A stretch of 64,000 bases of DNA from Chloroflexia bacterium. GTDB lineage: Bacteria > Chloroflexota > Chloroflexia > QHBQ01 > JADMIH01. Both the position numbers and the translations under genes were made by a program. Position 1 is the first letter of the stretch. Each line of letters opens with the position of its first letter. The notes below the pieces were generated by a model that was given only the letters and a program-made list of their open reading frames with translations, made no database searches and was not told the origin of the DNA. Location: the NCBI GenBank assembly GCA_034437815.1, contig DAOTTC010000088.1, positions 9,371-73,370 of the forward strand. The letters run 5' to 3'. Below are positions 1-9,807 of the stretch, piece after piece.

Positions 1-2797
1 CCAGATTGTACGCAATGGAGGCCGCACCCGAGAAGGTGAATGCATACAGCAGGGGTATCGCTAGATTGAACCCGATTGCGGGGTCCACGCCTATCAACTT
101 AATGAGCACGGCTATCAGGAACTGGCCGTAGTAGTAATAGTTGATGTACCCACCCGAGAAGAATGGGTCCAGCGGGGGCATCCATGCGCTTCTCAGGATG
201 GCGTTGAGGAAGCCGAACTCCATGGGCTTTTCGCCCCCGTTGTACGGGTGCCATAGATCGGGATTGAGCAGGCGGATGAGCAGAAAAGCCCCGAATGCCA
301 GCAAGAAGACCACCTCGTAGAATACGACCAGCCTGAGCTTGTCGGCGAAGAATTGCCGTATCTGCTCTCTCGCGCCCAGCCGCCAGCACAAGTAAGACAC
401 CCCACCCGTCATCAGCATAAAGAACAGTATGCTCCATACGCTGAACGGCAACAGGCGTGCGCTGGCCGACATCCACACACCCCAGCCCACCATCAACAGC
501 CCTGCCAGTTTGGCGAACGGATAGCCCCGGTCCGGCAGATTACGCGCTACCGTGAATACGATGGGCAGTGCCAGCAAACCCAATATGTACGCTGCCACCA
601 GCCACAATAGCACGGCCACCCACTGGTAGCTCTCCTGAGCGAGTGGGTTCCATGCGTAATCGTTGAGCGCAGGCAGATCCGAGACCTTCTGGCCGTCAAT
701 GATCTCGCCGACCATAAGTGACTTGTCATCGCTCACTTTGCCGTGGCGCGTGGCCGAATACTCACCGGGCGGGCGGTTGAGAGCTGTGCTGAACATGGTG
801 CGCAGTTGGTCATCGCTCAGGTTGCTCACCTTCCTGAAGATGTCCACGCGCGGGTGGTCGTACACCGTGAAGCTCTCGTCGGCCGATTGGTCATCGAAGC
901 GCATGCCGAACAGCTCTGGCGTGACGTGTGCAGTGTATGCCTTCTCGAACCCTAGCTTGCCGGCGAACAATAGCTCGTAGAATTTAGTTTGCACGGGGTA
1001 CCGCCATGGCAGTTTAGGGATGGAGCCGTAGAGGCGGTTGCTGGCCAAGAATATATAGTCCGTCTGCCGGAGCAGGTCTTTGATGTACTCGAACTCCTGC
1101 TCTGGTGGCCTGTCATCGTACAGATTGAAAGCGACGTGGCCGTATCGCTCGCCTCCCCACAGTGGTAGCGCGTCATCCCAGCCTTCGGAGCTACGCACAG
1201 CACCTTCGGGCACGTTCTGTAATATCCATTCGGTAGCTTGCACCCGCGAGTGCTTCTGGCTGTATATGTTCATGAAGGCCACAGCCCACAGGAAAGCCCC
1301 GCCGATGGCCAGCACTCCTAGAATGGGGAACAGGTTGCGCCGGAGCATGTGTACGGCGGGGGTGGGGTGCATGGGGTGGCCGGCTGGGGCTTGCAGCCTG
1401 TATGGCTGATAGCGCTGTCTGGACCACAGCGTGCCCCGCACTACCATGGCCGCGCCAAGGATGCACAGGATGGGCACGAGCGGCAGCATGTAGCGCATCC
1501 ACTTGGCTTCGAGCGTCAGGATGGTGGCGAAATAGGGCAGTGCCCCCGCCATGAGCAGCACTTCTGCGGGCCTTCGTCGAAAGGCGTGCCATAGGCCCAC
1601 CAACATGCCTGCGAGCACTATCAGGCCGGGCAGGGGGCTGAGACCCCACAGCACCAGATTCTGAAAATGATACAGCACCGGCACGGTGCCCACATACTGG
1701 CGCGTGTACGGGGCGCCGTCCGCACGCCCGCTCTGTATCTCGGCCTCCTCCTGTATACCTCTCCACCATGGATTCGAGTCGAATACGGCTTCCAACCCGC
1801 CTTGCCTGAGCTGCGACCAATCGAAGCTCCACAGCACGTAAGGCTCGGTAATGGCGAAGGCCAGCAGGGCGCACACCATCGCCACCAGCATGTAAGGCAA
1901 GCCCTTGCGCACAAGATGCCCGGCGAAAGACAGACCCCTCTCATTGCGGCCTGCCGGTTGCAGCCCGACCGGGTCCCCGAACTCGGCACCCACCACACGT
2001 GTTTGCTTCCTGTATGCGGCGCGCAGTACCACTGCCGCCACTACCACGAGGGCAAATGGTGCGATGGATACCTTGCTGGCGATGGCGAGGCCGAGGCACG
2101 CTCCCGCACCCGCCGCCGCCCACCACGACGGGCGCTGCATCAGCACCACACTGAAGTACAGAGCGCCCATCATGAAGGTCACTAAGAAGGTGTCGGACGC
2201 ATAAAAATGCGATAGCTGGATGTGGGTCACAGCGAACGCCACCAGCGCGCTGGCGATTAATGCCGTGCCACTTGAGTACAATCTTCTGGCTATCAGGAAC
2301 ACCAGCAATATGGTGATGAGGTCGAAGATGCTGGACAGGTGGCGCCCCACTACCGTTGTGCCGTCATAGCCCAGATAGTAGCCCTTTGGTGTAGTGGCAG
2401 TGGGTGGCAGCAGCGTGTCCACCAGCCACGACACGCCGCGCGTCAGGTATACGGGCAAGGAGCCGTATGGATATCGGCAACCAATGGGGGGACAGTTGCC
2501 CTCGACTCTTGTGGAGCGCAGGTTGAGTGGGCTGGTGCGTGGGTCTAGAAGCTCCTCAGGCGTGCCGGGCCACGATAGGGCTGTGGTGCGCATGACTATG
2601 AAGCGCTCGTCTGGGTGCTGGTGGGTGCCCTGATCGAAATCTCGCCCGTAGAAGCGGAAGAAAGCCGCTACAAACAGTATACCGGCAAGCGCCAGTAACA
2701 CCCGGTGTCGCCGCCAGAACGGCAGGCGCTCTACGGGTGTGCCTTCAGGTTGCGACAGATAGAAAACCTCTCGATCGTCAGGGGGAACGAGCGACAA
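1..2797 (-). CDS. GT39/PMT-like glycosyltransferase fused to DUF2298 (Chlor_Arch_YYY) membrane domain; 3' end runs off window
   Basis: Absent from the ORF track because there is no stop in the window. Manual reading gives TTG at 2797 after GGAG, then ...RFYGRDFDQGTHQHPDERFI... and, near position 130-180, PPLDPFFSGGYINYYYYGQ (YYY motif). I checked the frame at both ends but did not read every codon. Confidence 0.8.
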   Translation of the reverse strand, partial: MSLVPPDDREVFYLSQPEGTPVERLPFWRRHRVLLALAGILFVAAFFRFYGRDFDQGTHQHPDERFIVMRTTALSWPGTPEELLDPRTSPLNLRSTRVEGNCPPIGCRYPYGSLPVYLTRGVSWLVDTLLPPTATTPKGYYLGYDGTTVVGRHLSSIFDLITILLVFLIARRLYSSGTALIASALVAFAVTHIQLSHFYASDTFLVTFMMGALYFSVVLMQRPSWWAAAGAGACLGLAIASKVSIAPFALVVVAAVVLRAAYRKQTRVVGAEFGDPVGLQPAGRNERGLSFAGHLVRKGLPYMLVAMVCALLAFAITEPYVLWSFDWSQLRQGGLEAVFDSNPWWRGIQEEAEIQSGRADGAPYTRQYVGTVPVLYHFQNLVLWGLSPLPGLIVLAGMLVGLWHAFRRRPAEVLLMAGALPYFATILTLEAKWMRYMLPLVPILCILGAAMVVRGTLWSRQRYQPYRLQAPAGHPMHPTPAVHMLRRNLFPILGVLAIGGAFLWAVAFMNIYSQKHSRVQATEWILQNVPEGAVRSSEGWDDALPLWGGERYGHVAFNLYDDRPPEQEFEYIKDLLRQTDYIFLASNRLYGSIPKLPWRYPVQTKFYELLFAGKLGFEKAYTAHVTPELFGMRFDDQSADESFTVYDHPRVDIFRKVSNLSDDQLRTMFSTALNRPPGEYSATRHGKVSDDKSLMVGEIIDGQKVSDLPALNDYAWNPLAQESYQWVAVLLWLVAAYILGLLALPIVFTVARNLPDRGYPFAKLAGLLMVGWGVWMSASARLLPFSVWSILFFMLMTGGVSYLCWRLGAREQIRQFFADKLRLVVFYEVVFLLAFGAFLLIRLLNPDLWHPYNGGEKPMEFGFLNAILRSAWMPPLDPFFSGGYINYYYYGQFLIAVLIKLIGVDPAIGFNLAIPLLYAFTFSGAASIAYNL

Positions 2798-2917
2798 CTA
2801 TGGCTCCCGGACAGTTCAAGGCTGGTTGCAGGTGGCGCCAATGCCCCAGACAAAGATTAAATCCGTGCCCGGCACACGGCACAACCCGACGTTTGCTTTC
2901 TCTGTTATAGTTGTGAG

Positions 2918-2947
2918 ATTGTAACATAGCACTCGGTATGGAGGCAA
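2918..2947 (-). promoter_or_regulatory. putative sigma70 promoter for the GT39/DUF2298 gene
   Basis: TTGCCT-18 nt-TACAAT with TG at the extended -10 position, on the minus strand. Confidence 0.45.
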
Positions 2948-3044
2948 GTGCGCCCTTGGCCGTAGGTTGCGCCAATCTTCTCAATTTGAGAGGTCAGGAA
3001 GGATGCGCGGGTATGATGATAAGCCTCCATATTGGTAGCGCGCG

Positions 3045-3233
3045 TTACGAGGACCGTTTGGTCTGCGTTTGTTCGCTGCGTGGGCGTGCAGGTTGGGCTG
3101 TTGTGGTCGTTCTTGCCCCTGAGCGGGCAGGCTCTGCTGTTGCGCCCTGCTGTCGCTCCAGCTTGCGTTTCAGTTCATACTTCTTTTCTTTAGCTCGATG
3201 CTTTTGCATAGCACGTCTGCGTGACTTGTTCAT
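3045..3233 (-). CDS. small basic hypothetical protein (62 aa)
   Basis: ATG 3 nt after the tatB stop, with RBS AAGAGGG; Lys/Arg-rich N-terminal helix. Confidence 0.65.
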   Translation of the reverse strand: MNKSRRRAMQKHRAKEKKYELKRKLERQQGATAEPARSGARTTTTAQPARPRSEQTQTKRSS

Positions 3234-3236
3234 GGC

Positions 3237-3755
3237 TTATCCCTCTTGCTGGTGTGGTTTATCACCCGAAGGGGGCGGGTACCAGATGTCCTCCGGCTTG
3301 TTCTCAAACGCAGAAGCCGACTCGTACTTCACCTCGGCGAAGGGCATGGGGTAGTCGAGTACCGGCAGTTCGGCTTGGGCACCGGTGGCAAACTCGCTTC
3401 GCATGCCCGTGCGGGCTTTAGCCTGCTCGTCCATGCGTGCCAGCTCTTCCAGCACTCTGGGTGGCATGTCACCACCCGCCAGATAGTGCTCTTGCTCTTC
3501 TGGGGTCATCTTCTGCAGAATGGGGTGCACGGACCACGGGTTGCCTAGCGCCGAGGATGTGACCGCCGACACCTGTGTCAGTTCATTGCTCAGATCGCGC
3601 CATGCTGACCGTGCCGGTTCCACGGCTCTGCGGAACTCGGCGATGGCTCTGCCTACCGTTCTGGCTGCCTCAGGCAACCGCTCGGGTCCAAGTATGATCA
3701 GGGCCACCACGAGTATGACCAGAATTTCCCACAACCCGATGCCGAAAATCTCCAT
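3237..3755 (-). CDS. tatB: twin-arginine translocase TatA/TatB family subunit
   Basis: IFGIGLWEILVILVVALIILGPERLPEAARTVGRAIAEFRR is the TatB signature. Confidence 0.85.
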   Translation of the reverse strand: MEIFGIGLWEILVILVVALIILGPERLPEAARTVGRAIAEFRRAVEPARSAWRDLSNELTQVSAVTSSALGNPWSVHPILQKMTPEEQEHYLAGGDMPPRVLEELARMDEQAKARTGMRSEFATGAQAELPVLDYPMPFAEVKYESASAFENKPEDIWYPPPSGDKPHQQEG

Positions 3756-3835
3756 TGCTCGATTCCCAACCCGGTACGATATGCCTCACATGTCGAGTGT
3801 ACCTCGCCGTAATAACCTCGCCTGCTCGCTATGGG

Positions 3836-4186
3836 CTAGCGGGCGTCTCCCTCTCCGCGGGTGCTGCTCACCTCACCCACCACCCATCTGGCGTAGGCAT
3901 GGTTCACTCCCGCGGGCTGGATCTGGAGCACGCATGGCAGTTCATAGCTATGCATGTCCAGAATCCTCTTTTCAGCGGCATTCGCTCTGGATTTGGACGT
4001 CTTGCATATAAGCACGTGCTCGATCTCGTCCGCCACTTTGCCCTGCCAGCGGTACAACGAGCGCGAAGGGTAGACGTTGGCGCAGGCGATCAATCTCTCT
4101 TCGAGCAGCGCACGCGCGATGCCTGTTGCTTCTTCCTCGCTCCCGCAGGGCACGTACAGCAAGATCAGATCGTGTGCGTTGTCCAC
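3836..4186 (-). CDS. cutA: divalent-cation tolerance protein CutA
   Basis: LLEERLIACAN...SLYRWQGKV...HSYELPC motifs. Confidence 0.92.
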   Translation of the reverse strand: MDNAHDLILLYVPCGSEEEATGIARALLEERLIACANVYPSRSLYRWQGKVADEIEHVLICKTSKSRANAAEKRILDMHSYELPCVLQIQPAGVNHAYARWVVGEVSSTRGEGDAR

Positions 4187-4465
4187 CGTGTAACCTCCGT
4201 TACAATTATACTTTAGACCGAAACTTGCACCAACCGGCTCGTACCGGGGCCGTGCGATTGCTGATGGTTGATCATAACGTAACTCTCACCTCTCTTGCCT
4301 TGTGGAGGGAGGGCCGGGTGTGGGGGGTAATCACCGCCGCGATTGAACTGGAAATGCTACGATGAAGTAGATTATAATGGTTGTGTGACTTGAAATGGCA
4401 TGCCGGCACGCTGGCACATTGGCCGGCACCGCCCTGCGGCTAGGCAGATAGCGCCGGAGGTGGGT

Positions 4466-6481
4466 ATGGCTTTGCGCCCCCAACAGTCGCCGAACTCCCT
4501 CAGCGATGAGGCCGCTGAAATATACGCGGCCATGCATGCGGCGAGTGTCTGCCTGCGCCTGCGTAGCGCGCTGTTGTGGCTCGCCGCCATCTTTCCTCTA
4601 GCTCTCATGAGCGCCGCCACGTGGATAGCCTTCGTTCGCTTCACCCTTGTGGAGCTTCCCGCATGGCCGGCCGGTGTTATCTTCGCTAGCTGGCTCGTTG
4701 TGTGGTTGGTATGGGTAGCACGCTATCGGCCCGCTCAGGCTCAGGCGGCTCGCTTCTTAGATCGTGTGCTTAATCTCGACGAGCGCGTTTCCACTTGGTT
4801 GGAGATCGAGCGCGGACGCAGGTTTGGCAGGTCTTATTACGCCCATGTATTCGCCGGTCGCCAACTGCTCGTCGACACTGTGGAGAAACTGCGAGAGCGC
4901 AGACATCGCATGCCTGCGGGCTTCAGCTTCAAGCCGAGACTCGTGCATGTGGTGGCCGTATCGGTGGGTCTGCTGGCGCTGGCGGCGGCCATCACCTTAC
5001 CTACCCCGCTCGACGAAGTGCGTGCGGAGCGTGCCGCCCTCAGACGGGCGGTGCAGGCGCAGATGGAGCAGATAGCCGCCCTGAGGCAAGAGCTGGCCGC
5101 CCACCCCTCACTGCCTGCCAATCTGCGCTCCGCTCTGCTGGCCGAACTGGCCGGTGTGGAGCAGCAACTCAGCATGACGAAATTGGACCGCGAAGCCATG
5201 ATCGCCGCGCTCGCCGATGCGCAGGAGCGAGTGCGCAGGCTCACCTCCGCGTCCGCATCCGATTTCGACCAACTTGTTGCGGCGGCACGGGTCATTCAAT
5301 CCGGGGCCGCCGAGAATTCTAACTGGGAGCCTGCCGAGTCGCCGGAGACCACCGACCTTGGCAGGGCAGCCGAAGCGTCCGAGTTCCTTGCGGACTACAT
5401 CCCGCAATTCACCGATTCGGAGCGCAGGGAGGTGGCACAGGCGTTGGAGCGCGCCTCTGACATAGTAAGCACCCGCCATGCCGAATTGAGCGAGGATCTT
5501 ACCGCGTCGGCCAAAGCTTTGCGTGCCCAAGATGAGCGCACGGCCTTTCGGTCTTTGAGGCTGGTGGCCGGGCACCTGCGCGAAGCCAATAGGGGGAGGG
5601 AGAGCGCGCTGGCGGTGGAGAGCACGCTGGCCAAGCTCGAAGAGGCACGCCAGAGCATGGCGCAGGCCGGGCTGACCACCGGCAGACGCACTCAGGTGGG
5701 CTTCCGCCGCCGCGATGCCATCACCCGATTGGACCCCGCGCTCACCGGCGCGAACGGCGGGCAGGGCACTCAGGCTGATGCAGGGGACATGCAGGGGGCC
5801 GGCTCCAACCGGCCTCAGGGTGAGGCCGATCAAAGCATCGGTAAGTCGGGCATGGGCCCGCGGGTCGGCCAGAACGTGCCTGCCTTCGGCAGTCAGGCCG
5901 GCTCCAATAGAGGGGCGGGCGGCTCCACTTCTTCAGGCTCAGACTCCGGACGATCCGGTAATTCGGGCACAGGCTCCGATCGAGAAGGGGGTAACGCGCA
6001 GCAGAGCGCGGACCAACAAGCTCAGAACGGTTCTACAGGCACATTGCAGGGACCTGTGAGTGCGCCCATCACCGGCGCAAACGGCGCTATCAGCCGGGTG
6101 CAGAACCCGGCGGGCAGGGGTGTGGGCGGCGGTAGCCAGCCCGATGATTCCGGATCGGCCAGCGACGAACAGGGCGACGAGAAGGTGTACGTGCCCGGTC
6201 CCATCCCGCAGGCCGGGGAGGATAGATCCACCACTGTGGCCGGCCAGCAGGAGACGGATCCGGCGCGCACCGAGGGTCTCGAAGGCAGGGCAAGCGGCGG
6301 CACGAACGGCGAGTTGACGCAGGCCGGGCGCGGTCCCGGCGTGCTCACGCCCATCCATACCCCCTACAGGGAGATCATCGGTGAATATGCGCGGCTCGCC
6401 ATGCAGGCCCTCGACCGTACATACATACCGTCCGATGCGAGGCAGTACGTCAGGGATTACTTCACCGAGTTAGGCAAGTAG
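4466..6481 (+). CDS. membrane-anchored coiled-coil protein with Gly/Ser-rich disordered region, MoxR-operon associated
   Basis: ATG at 4466 after GGAGGT; N-terminal TM helices, long helical region, low-complexity linker, C-terminal IPSDARQYVRDYFTEL motif. Confidence 0.75.
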   Translation: MALRPQQSPNSLSDEAAEIYAAMHAASVCLRLRSALLWLAAIFPLALMSAATWIAFVRFTLVELPAWPAGVIFASWLVVWLVWVARYRPAQAQAARFLDRVLNLDERVSTWLEIERGRRFGRSYYAHVFAGRQLLVDTVEKLRERRHRMPAGFSFKPRLVHVVAVSVGLLALAAAITLPTPLDEVRAERAALRRAVQAQMEQIAALRQELAAHPSLPANLRSALLAELAGVEQQLSMTKLDREAMIAALADAQERVRRLTSASASDFDQLVAAARVIQSGAAENSNWEPAESPETTDLGRAAEASEFLADYIPQFTDSERREVAQALERASDIVSTRHAELSEDLTASAKALRAQDERTAFRSLRLVAGHLREANRGRESALAVESTLAKLEEARQSMAQAGLTTGRRTQVGFRRRDAITRLDPALTGANGGQGTQADAGDMQGAGSNRPQGEADQSIGKSGMGPRVGQNVPAFGSQAGSNRGAGGSTSSGSDSGRSGNSGTGSDREGGNAQQSADQQAQNGSTGTLQGPVSAPITGANGAISRVQNPAGRGVGGGSQPDDSGSASDEQGDEKVYVPGPIPQAGEDRSTTVAGQQETDPARTEGLEGRASGGTNGELTQAGRGPGVLTPIHTPYREIIGEYARLAMQALDRTYIPSDARQYVRDYFTELGK

Positions 6482-6603
6482 GGGAGCTTGTGCGCGCACC
6501 CTGTGCGCCCGCGTATGCATAATGGCGGCGGGGTGGGGCAACGCTCCGGGCTCTCAACGTGGTAATGTGCTAGGTCTCATCAAAGCTTGTAAAGGAGTGA
6601 TGC

Positions 6604-7677
6604 GTGGCAGCTATTCATTCAGCACAGGCGGGCGTGCGAGATGACCAGCCCGGCCAGACCAGCGCCGCTACTGGCAGCGGTGCGTCTCTGGCGGAAATAA
6701 CGCCTGAGGAGTTCAGGGAGAAGGCACTGAGGATTGAGAGCGAGGTGGGCAAGGTAATAGTGGGCCAACGCATGCTGGTGCATCAGGTGCTGGTGTGCTT
6801 GTTGGCGGGGGGTAACGCCCTGTTGGAGGGCGTGCCCGGTCTGGGTAAGACGGTGCTAGTGCGCACCCTCGCGCAAGTGTTGGACTGTGAGTTCAGCCGC
6901 ATCCAGTTCACCCCCGATCTCATGCCGGCGGACATCATCGGCACCAACATCCTTGTGGAGGATGAGGCTGGGGGGCGGCGCTTCCAGTTCCAACCGGGTC
7001 CGATTTTCGCCAACTTGATACTGGCGGACGAAGTGAACCGCGCCACGCCAAAAACTCAGTCCGCGCTGTTGGAGGCCATGCAGGAGGGCACCGTGTCCGT
7101 GGCACGTACCATCTACCAGCTTCCCAAACCTTTCTTCGTGCTTGCCACGCAGAACCCGCTGGAGATGGAAGGCACATATCCCCTGCCCGAGGCCCAACTC
7201 GACCGCTTCTTCTTCAAGCTCAACGTAGAGTTCCCTACAGCCGCCGAGTTGATAGCTATATCAGACCGCACCACCTCGGGCATGGAGCCGGTGGTCAACC
7301 GGGTGGTGGACGGCCCCCAGATTCTGGCGATGATTCACCTTGCCAGACAGACCCCGATAGCCACCCATGTGACCGCTTATGCCGTCAGGCTCCTTCAGGC
7401 CACCCACCCCACGTCGCCTCTGGCAACCCACATGGTTCGGCGATATGTACGCTACGGCAGTTCACCGCGCGGCCTGCAAGCTATGATCCTCGCGGGCAAG
7501 ATTATGGCTTTGTTGGACGGTCGCTATAATGTGGCCTTGCGCGACATCCGCACCGCAGCTCTGCCCGCCCTGCGCCACCGAATCATCTTGAACTTCGACG
7601 GCGAGGCCGAAGGCATCTCCACCGACGCCATAGTGGCTTCGGTTCTGGAGGAAACGCCCGAAGACGAACCCGCCTGA
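6604..7677 (+). CDS. moxR: MoxR family AAA+ ATPase
   Basis: LLEGVPGLGKT (Walker A), RIQFTPDLMPADI, LADEVNRATPKTQSALLEAMQE, ATQNPLEMEGTYPLPEAQLDRF. Confidence 0.96.
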   Translation: MAAIHSAQAGVRDDQPGQTSAATGSGASLAEITPEEFREKALRIESEVGKVIVGQRMLVHQVLVCLLAGGNALLEGVPGLGKTVLVRTLAQVLDCEFSRIQFTPDLMPADIIGTNILVEDEAGGRRFQFQPGPIFANLILADEVNRATPKTQSALLEAMQEGTVSVARTIYQLPKPFFVLATQNPLEMEGTYPLPEAQLDRFFFKLNVEFPTAAELIAISDRTTSGMEPVVNRVVDGPQILAMIHLARQTPIATHVTAYAVRLLQATHPTSPLATHMVRRYVRYGSSPRGLQAMILAGKIMALLDGRYNVALRDIRTAALPALRHRIILNFDGEAEGISTDAIVASVLEETPEDEPA

Positions 7678-7730
7678 CCCGACAGGCACCGGCACCGAGC
7701 AGCCGCCACGCTACTAGATAGGACCGCTCA

Positions 7731-9779
7731 ATGGGTCTGCTTGAACCTCTAGCCCTTGCGGCGCTCCCGCTTGTGGGCGTGATTATCGCTCTATATCTGC
7801 TCAAGCTGAGACGGCCAACCACCCCTGTCGCCAGTTTGCAGATGTGGTCTGCTCTGGCGCGTGACCGCGAGGCCAATACCCTGTGGCAGCGCCTGCGCTT
7901 CTCGGCGCTGTTGCTGTTGCAGTTGTTAGTGCTATTGCTCCTCATACTTGCCCTTGCCCGCCCATGGGTGCAATCTCCAGCCGGTGTGGGGCACAACGTG
8001 GTGCTCATCATAGATGTGTCTGCCAGCATGGCGGCGACCGACGCCGAGCACACCGGCCGGCGCACCCGCCTTCAGGCCGCGCAGGATCACGCCAGAGGCA
8101 TAGTGGACAACTTGCCCGAAGGTGGCACGGCCACCCTTATCGCCTCCGATGTGCACGCTACCATACTGGTGCCGACCACCAGCGACCGCTCTCGCCTCCG
8201 TCGGGCTATTGACGAGTTGACGGTGCAACCCACCGGCACCGATATGCTGGAGGCTTTCAAGCTGGCCTCCGCCTTGGCCGCTGGCCACCCCCACACCGTG
8301 GTGTGGGTGCTGTCCGATGGCGCTTTCCCGCCTGTGGGCCAACTGGTCGAGCCTGTGCAGGGCGAGGTCCGCTTTGTCTCGTTTGGCACGGGTAAAGCCA
8401 ATCAGGGCATCACTGCGCTGTCTCTGCGACAGCAGGCGGGCGCGGTCAGCTTGTTCGTGCAGATAGCCAACTCCGGCACGCAGACTACCACTCGCCGTCT
8501 GGATTTGATCGTTGACGATGCCCCGTGGAACGCCCGCACGGTACGTATCGGCCCCACCACCAGCGCCGAGTTGGTGGTGGACAATGTGCCGATTGGAGCG
8601 AGGGTAATACACGCAAGGCTGGCGGGTGTGGATGCCCTGCCCCTTGACGACGAAGCATGGGCCATAAATCGGGCCAGCGTGCCGGCCAATGTGCTTCTTG
8701 TAACCAAGGGCAACAGATTTCTTGAGTTGGCCCTGTCTCTGCTGCCTACGGTGGCCCTGTACAAGGTGGCGCCCGCCGATTACCACCCGCAGGTCACCAT
8801 AGAGGGGGCACCCCCTGACCTGACCGTGTTCGATGCGGGCCTGCCCGCCTCCGCCATGCACACCCTGCCTACCGGCAACCTGCTGCTGTTCGCGCCCCCC
8901 GCAGGCAACCCACTTATACAGGTGCAGGGAGTGATCACTCAGCCTGCGCCGCTCGCCCCGGCCTCCACTGCCGATCTTGCTCCGGCTTCCCCACCCAACC
9001 GATCTGCCGAGGGCATGAGTGGGCAGGACCCCGGCCAGCGCGAGCCGCTTCTGCGCTTCGTGGACCTGTCCTCCCTGCATATAGCCAGATCTATGCGCTT
9101 GCAGGTGCCTGCGTGGGGCCGCGAAGTGCTGTCCAGCGATAAAGGGCCGTTGATTATCGCAGGGGAGGAATCGGGGCGCAAGGTGTGCGTGGTGGCCTTT
9201 GACCTGCATGACACCGACCTGCCCGTGCAACCGGCCTTCCCACTGCTCATGCGCAATCTGGTGACCTATCTGTCCCCCGACCCTACCGGCGGCCTGCCCG
9301 TGAGCGTGTCCCCGGGCACGCCGGTGGGTATCGAGCCGGTGTCACCTGAGGTGGACTTGGTGTTGGTGGAAGACCCGGCGGGGCGCGAGCACCGCTTCGC
9401 GGTTAGCCCGGACCTCCCACGTGTGACCTTCGCCGACACCGCTCAGCCCGGTGTGTATTACGTCACCCATTATGCGAACGGGCAGATCGTGGGGCAAGAG
9501 GCGTTCGCCGCCAACCTGTTTATGCGCGATGAGAGCATGATAGCGCCCAACCCTAAGCCCGACCTACCGCGTGCGCAGGCATCTGGCACCAGCGGTACGG
9601 CGTCCGGCCCACTGCCCGCTGCCGAACCGCAGGAGTTGGTGCGGCGAGAGCTGTGGCCGCTTGTGGCCCTGTTGGGCTTCTTGCTGCTGGTTATCGAGTG
9701 GCTGTATGCCCAGCGCATGGCTGTTCGCAGATGGTTGACCGAGGTCGAGACGCGCCGTGCCGGGGCCGGCCGCACATGA
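7731..9779 (+). CDS. BatA-like N-terminal domain + vWA domain membrane protein
   Basis: N-terminal PLVGVIIALYLLK, MIDAS DVSAS, C-terminal TM RELWPLVALLGFLLLVIEW. Confidence 0.88.
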   Translation: MGLLEPLALAALPLVGVIIALYLLKLRRPTTPVASLQMWSALARDREANTLWQRLRFSALLLLQLLVLLLLILALARPWVQSPAGVGHNVVLIIDVSASMAATDAEHTGRRTRLQAAQDHARGIVDNLPEGGTATLIASDVHATILVPTTSDRSRLRRAIDELTVQPTGTDMLEAFKLASALAAGHPHTVVWVLSDGAFPPVGQLVEPVQGEVRFVSFGTGKANQGITALSLRQQAGAVSLFVQIANSGTQTTTRRLDLIVDDAPWNARTVRIGPTTSAELVVDNVPIGARVIHARLAGVDALPLDDEAWAINRASVPANVLLVTKGNRFLELALSLLPTVALYKVAPADYHPQVTIEGAPPDLTVFDAGLPASAMHTLPTGNLLLFAPPAGNPLIQVQGVITQPAPLAPASTADLAPASPPNRSAEGMSGQDPGQREPLLRFVDLSSLHIARSMRLQVPAWGREVLSSDKGPLIIAGEESGRKVCVVAFDLHDTDLPVQPAFPLLMRNLVTYLSPDPTGGLPVSVSPGTPVGIEPVSPEVDLVLVEDPAGREHRFAVSPDLPRVTFADTAQPGVYYVTHYANGQIVGQEAFAANLFMRDESMIAPNPKPDLPRAQASGTSGTASGPLPAAEPQELVRRELWPLVALLGFLLLVIEWLYAQRMAVRRWLTEVETRRAGAGRT

Positions 9780-9807
9780 CGCACGCCGAAGAGAAGAACC
9801 GTGAGCT

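Noticed and set aside
2798-2915. 5' UTR of the GT39 gene as a c-di-GMP riboswitch (contains GCAAA)
   Set aside because: There is no GNRA tetraloop/receptor pair and no second GCAAA stem; only one weak hairpin is present.
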